Of a DNA stretch of 64,000 nucleotides, positions 57,193 to 64,000 are shown piece by piece (position 1 is the stretch's first letter; each line of letters starts with the position of its first letter). Origin of the DNA: Candidatus Marinacidobacterium sp. (GTDB lineage: Bacteria > Acidobacteriota > Vicinamibacteria > Marinacidobacterales > Marinacidobacteraceae). The stretch is from contig OZ242011.1 of NCBI GenBank assembly GCA_965204755.1, positions 3,808,001 to 3,872,000 on the forward strand, read 5' to 3'. The notes under the pieces are model-generated. The model was not told the origin of the DNA. It was given only the letters and a program-made list of their open reading frames with translations, and ran no database searches. A program made the translations under genes and the position numbers.

Positions 57193-58548
57193 TTGCATCC
57201 CGAAATCCTTGTGAATGCCCGGAGGGCGGTTCGCCTCCTCCGATCGCCCGAGAGTCGTCGGGATCGGCTCCTCGTGCTGGGCGACCTTCTGCGAGATCAC
57301 CGGGGCGAGTGGGAGCGGGCGCTCGGCGAGGACCGGGGCGCGCCGGCGTTCGAGGCGTGGGGGACGGAGATCGGGCTCGTGCTCGCGGAGATTCGCTACG
57401 CCCGCCGGCGGCTGCGGCGGTGGATGCGGGGGCGGTGGGCGCGGACGCCGCTGGCCCTGTTGCCGTCCGTCAGTTGGAGCGAGCCGCGCCCGGTCGGGGC
57501 CGTGCTCGTCATCGCGCCGTGGAACTACCCGCTGCAACTCAGCCTCGCGCCGGCGGTGTCGGCGCTGGCCGCCGGGAACGCGGTGGTCATCAAGCCCTCG
57601 GAGCGCGCTCCGGCGACCGCCGAAGCGCTCCGGCGGCTCGTTCCCCCGGCGCTCGGGGACACGGTGCAGATCGCGGCCGGCGGGCCGGAGGTCGGGCGGG
57701 AACTCGTCGAGGCCGGGTTCGACCACATCGTCTTCACCGGGAGCCGGCGGGTCGGGGCGGAAGTGGCGGAGGCAGCGGGTAAGCGGCTCACGCCGGTGAC
57801 GCTGGAACTCGGGGGCAAATGCCCTGCCCTCGTGGACGGCTCGGCCAACCTGACGACTGCCGTTCGGCGGATCGCCTGGGCGAAGTTCCTGAACGCCGGG
57901 CAGACCTGCCTGGCGCCGGACTTCGCGCTCGTCCCGGAGAACCTTTGCGACGAGTTCACGGAACGCCTGGCGGAGCAACTGCGGCGGTTCTACGGCGACG
58001 ATCCGGCCATGAGCCCCGACTACGCCCGGATCGGGCATCCGGTGCACTTCGACCGGCTGCGGGGCCTGCTCGACAGACTTCCGGTCCGCCACGGCGGCGC
58101 AACGGACGCCGAGTCGCGCTACTTCGCCCCGACGCTCACCGGGCCGTGGCCCGAGGGGCATCCGGCGGCGACCGAGGAGATCTTCGGGCCGATCCTGCCG
58201 ATCCTGCCCTACCGGACCCTGCCCGACGCCTACGAAGAGATCGGGCGCCACCCGGACCCGCTGGCGCTCTACCTGTTCAGCCGCGCCGGGGCGACGATCT
58301 CCGCCGCGTCGGGGATCGCGCGTTCCGGGGCGCTCGTCGTAAACGACGCGGTGCTCCACTGCGCGAACCCGGGGCTCCCCTTCGGCGGCGTCGGCCGCAG
58401 CGGCTTCGGGAACTACCACGGGCGGTACGGCTTCGAGCGGTTGTCCTACCGGCGCGCCCGCCTGCGGGCGCTCCCCCGGTTCGACTTCCCGGTCCGGTTT
58501 CCGCCCTACGCCGGGAAAGAAGGGCTCATCCGGCGGCTGCTGCGCTGA
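57193..58548 (+). CDS. Aldehyde dehydrogenase (ALDH3-like)
   Basis: IAPWNYP, IKPSE, FTGS, TLELGGK, NAGQTC and EEIFGP; TATACT lies 10 nt before the TTG start. Confidence 0.92.
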   Translation: MHPEILVNARRAVRLLRSPESRRDRLLVLGDLLRDHRGEWERALGEDRGAPAFEAWGTEIGLVLAEIRYARRRLRRWMRGRWARTPLALLPSVSWSEPRPVGAVLVIAPWNYPLQLSLAPAVSALAAGNAVVIKPSERAPATAEALRRLVPPALGDTVQIAAGGPEVGRELVEAGFDHIVFTGSRRVGAEVAEAAGKRLTPVTLELGGKCPALVDGSANLTTAVRRIAWAKFLNAGQTCLAPDFALVPENLCDEFTERLAEQLRRFYGDDPAMSPDYARIGHPVHFDRLRGLLDRLPVRHGGATDAESRYFAPTLTGPWPEGHPAATEEIFGPILPILPYRTLPDAYEEIGRHPDPLALYLFSRAGATISAASGIARSGALVVNDAVLHCANPGLPFGGVGRSGFGNYHGRYGFERLSYRRARLRALPRFDFPVRFPPYAGKEGLIRRLLR

Positions 58549-61500
58549 TGGCGGAGGCGAAGCGAGTGTCCGGCGGCCTCCCCGTCTTCCATGACCCGGT
58601 GAGCGGGCGGCCCGAGGTGTCCCCGGAGGAAGCCGCGGCGCTGGCCGCGGCGCACTGGGGGATCAGCGGCGAAGCGTCGCCGCTCGCCGGGGAGCGCGAC
58701 CGGAACTTCCTCATCCGGGAGCGGGCCGAAGGCGGGCGGCGGTTCGTGCTCAAGGTCAGCCCCACCGGAGAGCCGGCCGCCCGGCTCGACATGCTGCGCG
58801 CCGTGGTCGGGCACGCCCGCAACGCGGACGCGGGGCTCCGCATCCCGGAGGCCCTTCCCACGCTCGCCGGCGACACGGGCGCGGAGTTGCGGCGCGCCGG
58901 CAGCGGGCGCCGGGCACGGCTCCTGACCTATCTCGACGGGACGCCGCTGTCCCGGATCCCCCGGCGGCCCCCGGCGTTGCTCGCCGCCGTCGGCGGGCTG
59001 CTCGGACGCATGCAGAACGCGCTCGCCGACTTCGACCACCCGGGGCTGGACGAGCAGGAGATCCCCTGGGCGCCTCGAAACGCCGAAGCGGTCATCGAGG
59101 CGGGGGCGGCGGCGCTCGCGGCGGCCTCGGCCGAGAGCGCCGAGGCCGGCGAGCGGGCCGATCTCTACCGGCGGATGTCCCGCCAGGTCCGGCCGAGCCT
59201 CCCGGCGCTCCTCTCCCTGCCCTCCGGCCCGCTCCACAACGACGCGAACGACGACAACCTGCTCCTCGCCGCCGGGGAACCGGAAACCTGCCGACCGGAG
59301 GACCTCGCCCTCCTCGACTTCGGCGACGCGCTCTCCGGCCCGCGGATCGTGGAAGCCGCGAACGCCGCGCTCTACCTGTCGCTCGATGCGCCGGAACCGC
59401 TCCGGGCCGCTGCCCGGGTGCTGGCGGGGTTCGCCGCGGAGCGGCCGGTTCTCGAGGAGGAGGCGGACCTCTTCCGCGCGGCCTGCGCGGCCCGCGCGCT
59501 CGTGAGCGGCGGGGTGGCGGCGCTTCGCCGGGCGCGGATGCCGGAGACCGATCCGTACCTGCTGGTGAGCGAGGCCGGCGTCTTCCGGGTCCTGGCCGCG
59601 CTCGCGGAGGAACCCGTAGGGGTCACCACCGCGCGGTTCCGGCTCGCCGCCGGTCATCCGCCGGCGGCCGCCGCCGTCGGCTGGCGGAAGGCCGCGCGGG
59701 ACGCGGCGCCCCCGATCGAGCCGCACCCGGGAACGGCGGCCGGCGTCCCGCTCGACCTCTCCCCGGAGAGCCGCGCCGTGGATCCCGCAGACATCCGGCG
59801 GTCGCTGGAGCGCTCGGTTCGCCAAGCGACGGACGGGGGGCGGCGGTTCGCGTTCGGGAGATACGGCGAGGCCCGGCTACCCGGGGTGTTCCCCGTTGAC
59901 GAAGGCCGGCCCCCCTCCGCGGAGCGCCGCACCGTGAGTTCGGGAATCGAGGTGTTCGCGCCGGCGGGAACCCCGGTTCGGGCGGCGCTCGCGGGCGAAG
60001 TCGTCGGCGCCGGCCCGGACCCGGTATCCGGCCGCGGACACCGCGTGGAACTGCGGCACGCGGCCCCCGTGGGGGCGTTCCGCTCCATCTACCGCGGACT
60101 GGCCGGGGAAGGCGCGCCGGCGCCGGGCGCCGCCGTCGCCGCGGGTCAGCGGCTCGGGAGCGTCGCCGATGCCGAAGGGAACGGCGGCCGGCCCCCGCAC
60201 CTGCAGTTCCAGATCGCCCTGGAAACCGGCGACGAGGACGACCGACCGACGGACGAGGGCCCCCTCACCTACGGGGATCGACTTCGCTCGGCCGCCGCCC
60301 CGTCGGACCTCGAACCCTTCGCCGCGCTCTGTCCCGACCCCTCTCCGTTTCTCACGGGTCTCGTCGGCGGCTCCGATTCCCTCGCCGCTCCCCCGGACGC
60401 GTTGGACCGGGAACCGCGCCTTCTGGAAGAGCGCCGCCGGCGCCTCAGCCCCGCGCTCAGCGTGGCCTACGACCCCGCGCCGATCCACATCGTCCGGGGG
60501 CGGGGCACGCTCCTCTACGACGCGGCGGGACGGGACTACCTCGACCTCGTGAACAATGTCTGCCAGGTCGGACACGCGCATCCGGCGGTCGCCGCCGCCA
60601 TCTCCGAGCAGGCGGCGCGGCTGAACACGAACACCCGCTACCTGTACCGGCAACTCACCGAGTACGCGGAGGCGCTGACCGCCACCCTGCCCCCGCCGCT
60701 CGAGGTCGTGTTCCTCACGAACTCCGGCAGCGAGGCGAACGACCTGGCGCTCCGCATCGCCCGCTCCCGGGTCGGGAACCGGCGCACGATCGTCTTCGAG
60801 GGCGGCTACCACGGGAACCTGACCTCGCTCATCGAGATCAGCCCCTACAAGTTGGACGGGCCGGGAGGCGGCGCCGACCCCGAGTGGCTGGTCCGGCTGC
60901 CCCGGCCCGACCTCTACCGGGGACGGTTCCGAGCCGCCGCCGCGCTGACCGAGGACGCGGTCCGGCGGATCGAGGCCGCCGGGCCGGCGACGCTCATCTG
61001 CGAAGCGATCCTGAGTTGCGGCGGACAGGTCGTCCCGCCGCCCGGCTACCTCCGGGCGATCTACGCGGCGGCCCGGCGCGCGGGAGGCTGCGTGATCGCG
61101 GACGAAGTGCAGACCGGGTTCGGGCGGGTCGGTCCCTCGTTCTGGGCGTTCCGCGAGGTCGGGGAAGCCGTCCCCGACCTCGTCACTTTCGGGAAGCCCG
61201 CCGGGAACGGGCATCCGTTGGGCGGCGTGGTCGCTTCCCGCGACCTCGCCCGCGCCTTCGAGACCGGGATGGAGTACTTCAACACCTTCGGCGGGAACCC
61301 GGTCTCCTGCGCGGCCGGTCTCGCGGTGCTCCGCGTGATTCGGGAAGAGGGGCTCGCCGAGCGCGCCGCCGCGGTCGGCGGGCGGCTGCTCACCGGGCTC
61401 GGCGAACTCGCCGGGCGGTACCCTATGTTGGGTCAGGTTCGGGGCCGGGGACTCTTCTCGGGAGCCGAGTTGGTGCGCGATCCCGAGACCCGCGAACCGG

Positions 61501-61673
61501 CCTCCTCCGAGGCGAAACGACTGGTTTCGAGGCTCCGGGAACTGCGCATCCTGAACAGCGTGGACGGGCCCGACGCCAATGTGCTCAAACTCAAACCGCC
61601 GCTCGTCTTCTCCGACTCCGACACCGACCGTTACCTGGAAGTCTTGGGCGGCGCGCTGAAGGAACGGGGTTGA
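58548..61673 (+). CDS. Fusion of APH-like (hydroxylysine/homoserine-type) kinase, degenerate M23-like domain and class III PLP aminotransferase/phospho-lyase
   Basis: Kinase motifs GERDRNF, LHNDANDDN and LDFGD; M23-like APAGTPVRA...PHLQFQ; PLP-domain motifs YLDLVNNV..VGHAHP, DEVQTGFGR and TFGKP; TGATG coupling to the ALDH gene. Confidence 0.88.
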   Translation: MAEAKRVSGGLPVFHDPVSGRPEVSPEEAAALAAAHWGISGEASPLAGERDRNFLIRERAEGGRRFVLKVSPTGEPAARLDMLRAVVGHARNADAGLRIPEALPTLAGDTGAELRRAGSGRRARLLTYLDGTPLSRIPRRPPALLAAVGGLLGRMQNALADFDHPGLDEQEIPWAPRNAEAVIEAGAAALAAASAESAEAGERADLYRRMSRQVRPSLPALLSLPSGPLHNDANDDNLLLAAGEPETCRPEDLALLDFGDALSGPRIVEAANAALYLSLDAPEPLRAAARVLAGFAAERPVLEEEADLFRAACAARALVSGGVAALRRARMPETDPYLLVSEAGVFRVLAALAEEPVGVTTARFRLAAGHPPAAAAVGWRKAARDAAPPIEPHPGTAAGVPLDLSPESRAVDPADIRRSLERSVRQATDGGRRFAFGRYGEARLPGVFPVDEGRPPSAERRTVSSGIEVFAPAGTPVRAALAGEVVGAGPDPVSGRGHRVELRHAAPVGAFRSIYRGLAGEGAPAPGAAVAAGQRLGSVADAEGNGGRPPHLQFQIALETGDEDDRPTDEGPLTYGDRLRSAAAPSDLEPFAALCPDPSPFLTGLVGGSDSLAAPPDALDREPRLLEERRRRLSPALSVAYDPAPIHIVRGRGTLLYDAAGRDYLDLVNNVCQVGHAHPAVAAAISEQAARLNTNTRYLYRQLTEYAEALTATLPPPLEVVFLTNSGSEANDLALRIARSRVGNRRTIVFEGGYHGNLTSLIEISPYKLDGPGGGADPEWLVRLPRPDLYRGRFRAAAALTEDAVRRIEAAGPATLICEAILSCGGQVVPPPGYLRAIYAAARRAGGCVIADEVQTGFGRVGPSFWAFREVGEAVPDLVTFGKPAGNGHPLGGVVASRDLARAFETGMEYFNTFGGNPVSCAAGLAVLRVIREEGLAERAAAVGGRLLTGLGELAGRYPMLGQVRGRGLFSGAELVRDPETREPASSEAKRLVSRLRELRILNSVDGPDANVLKLKPPLVFSDSDTDRYLEVLGGALKERG

Positions 61674-61683
61674 GACGCCGCCG

Positions 61684-62475
61684 GTGACCGAGCCCCCTGC
61701 CGACGCCCCTGCCGCCGCCCCCGCCGCCCCCGTCGCCCGGCCCGCCGAGGCCCCGGCGGAGGACGATCCGCCGACCGCGTTCCCCGACCCCGGCTGGCGC
61801 ATCGTCGAGGGCCCCGCGCCGGCGGTGCATCGGGCCACGGTCTTCCTCCTCCACGGACTGGGCGCGGACGGCCACGACTTCGCGCCGATCGTCCCCGGCC
61901 TGCGCCTCCCGGAGCCGCTCGGCGTCCGTTTCCGTTTCCCGGAGGCGCCGCTCCGCCCGGTAACCGTCAACCAGGGGTTCGTCATGCGGGCCTGGTACGA
62001 CCTCGAAGCGCTCGGCGGGGACGGCCGGGCGAACCGCGCCCACCTGGCCGAGGCCGTGGCCGGCGTCCGGGCGCTCGTCGCCGGGGAGACCCGCCGGGGG
62101 ATTCCGGCGGAGCGGATCGTCCTCGCCGGGTTTTCCCAGGGAGGCGCGGTGGCGCTCGCCGCGGCCGCCTGCCGGGACGAGGGCGGCGCGGGGCCGCTCC
62201 CGCTCGGGGGCGTCGCGGCGCTCTCCGCTTACCTTCCCGCGCCGGACCTGCTCGTTCCCGCCCCGCCCGGCGCGCCGCCGATCTTCCTGGCGCACGGCGA
62301 CGCGGATCCGATGGTGGCGCCGGCCCTCGGGACGAGCAGCCGCGACCGTCTGCTCGCCGCCGGCTGGGAAGTGGACTTCCGCTCCTACCCGATGGGCCAC
62401 CAGGTCTCGGCGGCGGAAATCGACGACCTCGGCCGGTTCCTCCGGCGTGTCCTGGGAGAGGAGGGGAAGCCCTGA
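61684..62475 (+). CDS. Phospholipase/carboxylesterase (Abhydrolase_2)
   Basis: LHGLGADG, MRAWYD, GFSQGG, HGDADPMV and MGH. Confidence 0.9.
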   Translation: MTEPPADAPAAAPAAPVARPAEAPAEDDPPTAFPDPGWRIVEGPAPAVHRATVFLLHGLGADGHDFAPIVPGLRLPEPLGVRFRFPEAPLRPVTVNQGFVMRAWYDLEALGGDGRANRAHLAEAVAGVRALVAGETRRGIPAERIVLAGFSQGGAVALAAAACRDEGGAGPLPLGGVAALSAYLPAPDLLVPAPPGAPPIFLAHGDADPMVAPALGTSSRDRLLAAGWEVDFRSYPMGHQVSAAEIDDLGRFLRRVLGEEGKP

Positions 62476-62501
62476 GCGAAGAGGGAATCCCGGCCACCCT
62501 G

Positions 62502-63572
62502 GTGACCGGCGCCTGCGGGGAAATCGGCGCGGCGCTGCTGCGCCGGCTGGCCGGCGAGCCGGAAGCCGGGCCGGTGGTCAGCGTGGACCTCCGTCCCCTG
62601 CCCGACGGGCTCGGCGCGGCCGCGCCCCGGGAACACTTTCGCGGCGACATCCTCGACGAGACGCTCTGGGAGCGGCTGGAGCGGCGGTTCCGCCCGCGCC
62701 GCGTCTTCCACCTGGCGGCGGTGCTCTCGACCCGCGCGGAAGAAGTCCCCCACCTCGCGCACCGGGTGAACGCCGAGGGCGCGGCGCGCCTCCTCGCCCG
62801 GTCCCTCCGGTGGGCCGACGCCGGCCGGCCCACCGTGTTCTTCTTCCCGAGTTCCATCGCGGTCTATGGGTTCGCGAGCCGGGCGGAGAAGCGCGCCGCC
62901 CACCCCCTGGCCGAGGACGAGCGGCTGGAACCGCGGACGATCTACGGGGCGCAGAAACTCTATGTGGAGCGGCTGGGCGCGGCGATGGAGCGGGCGGAGC
63001 CCGGCCTCGACTTCCGCGCCGCGCGGTTCCCGGGCCTCATCTCCGCGGACACCCTGCCCCAGGGCGGGACGAGCGACTGGGCGCCGGAGTTGATCCACGC
63101 CGCCGCGCGGGGAGAGCCGTACTCGTGCTTCGTGGACGAAGACGCGCGCCTCCCCTTCTGCGCCATGCCGGACGCCGTCGAGGGCATCCGCCGGCTCGCT
63201 TTCGCCGACAAGTCCCGGTTGGCGAGGAGCGCCTACAACTTCGGCGGCGCGAGCCTCTCCGCCGGGGAGATCATCGCCCGCGTGCGCCGGGACTTCCCGG
63301 CGCTCGAAGTCCGGTTCGCGCTCGACCGGGACCGGGCCGGCATCGTCGCCGGATGGCCGGCGGCGGTGGACGACCGGGCGGCGCGGCGCGACTTCGGTTT
63401 CGCCCCGGAGCGGGACGCGGAGACCCTGTTCTCGGAGTATCTGGTTCCCGGAATCCGCCGCCGCTACGCCGACGGACCCGCTCTGTCCCCGGTGTCCGCG
63501 CCGGTGGAGTCCCCCGGCGCGGGACGCCCGGCCGTCCGCGCCGAAGCGAACTCCGGCGCTCCCTCCGCGTAA
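62502..63572 (+). CDS. NAD-dependent epimerase/dehydratase SDR, L-threonine 3-dehydrogenase-like
   Basis: TGACGEIG, FHLAAVLS, PSSIAVYG, YGAQK and GGTSDW. The true start is probably slightly upstream (in-frame CTG at 62472 overlaps the previous stop). Confidence 0.82.
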   Translation: MTGACGEIGAALLRRLAGEPEAGPVVSVDLRPLPDGLGAAAPREHFRGDILDETLWERLERRFRPRRVFHLAAVLSTRAEEVPHLAHRVNAEGAARLLARSLRWADAGRPTVFFFPSSIAVYGFASRAEKRAAHPLAEDERLEPRTIYGAQKLYVERLGAAMERAEPGLDFRAARFPGLISADTLPQGGTSDWAPELIHAAARGEPYSCFVDEDARLPFCAMPDAVEGIRRLAFADKSRLARSAYNFGGASLSAGEIIARVRRDFPALEVRFALDRDRAGIVAGWPAAVDDRAARRDFGFAPERDAETLFSEYLVPGIRRRYADGPALSPVSAPVESPGAGRPAVRAEANSGAPSA

Positions 63573-63596
63573 AGCGGCCGCAGCAGGCATTCCCCG

Positions 63597-64000
63597 ATGG
63601 CGACTTCCCCTCCGCGCTTCTCGTTCTGGAACGGGCTGACGACGCCCCTGCTCTCGGCGGTCCTCGGCGCCGGCGCCTACCGCGGCCTCACCCGGCTGAG
63701 TTCGGACCCCGACAGCGACTACCTCTTCCGCTTCGGCGCGGTCGCCGGCGTGATGCTCGTCCCGCCGGCCTTCGCGCTCGTTCGATCGGCCCGCGCCCGC
63801 CGGGCGGGGACGCTGACCGCCGGCGGCAAGTTCGGCGCGGCGCTCGCCCTCCTCTCGGTCGGGCTCGCCGTCCTCCCGGTGAACGGGGCGCTCCGGCGGG
63901 CGCGGCAGGCGCGGAACCTGGCGCTCGCCGGCGTACCGGCGCCGGAGTTCGTCGCCGATGACCTCGACGGCCGGAGGTATCGACTCACGGACTACCGGGG
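63597..64000 (+). CDS. Membrane-anchored TlpA/redoxin-family protein (3' end off the window)
   Basis: Manual translation from ATG 63597 shows three hydrophobic segments, then APEFVADDLDGRRYRLTDYRG. Confidence 0.7.
   Translation, partial: MATSPPRFSFWNGLTTPLLSAVLGAGAYRGLTRLSSDPDSDYLFRFGAVAGVMLVPPAFALVRSARARRAGTLTAGGKFGAALALLSVGLAVLPVNGALRRARQARNLALAGVPAPEFVADDLDGRRYRLTDYR

Overview
This is a very GC-rich bacterial chromosome segment. An Acidobacteria-type VWA protein, a MoxR/DUF58/vWA/DUF4159 operon and bshC suggest Acidobacteriota. Expanded Uma2 and AAA-ATPase genes, Sel1 repeats and a giant Ig-like-repeat autotransporter resemble marine-sponge symbiont genomes (inference). Housekeeping genes (hflKC, argS-lepB-bshC, metH, a yitJ-like gene, msrA) alternate with small lower-GC accessory islets (two DUF429 genes, a Sel1 gene, an orphan SPPY DNA methyltransferase, an ART-like pair). 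The most striking structure is a head-to-tail, translationally coupled array of five Uma2/PD-(D/E)XK nuclease paralogs (24151-28190) that diverge and decay from the leader end. It is preceded by a 29-nt/32-nt/29-nt repeat-spacer-repeat and an MmeI-like R-M relic, and it runs into a DUF2335 gene pair. Other notable items are a [2Fe-2S] ferredoxin fused to a putative antitoxin upstream of an ART-like gene, a putative hydroxylysine kinase/phospho-lyase plus ALDH operon, and mirrored C/G strand skew flanking the islets. No rRNA, tRNA, transposase, integrase or cas gene was recognised. All family calls come from motifs read by eye, not from database searches.
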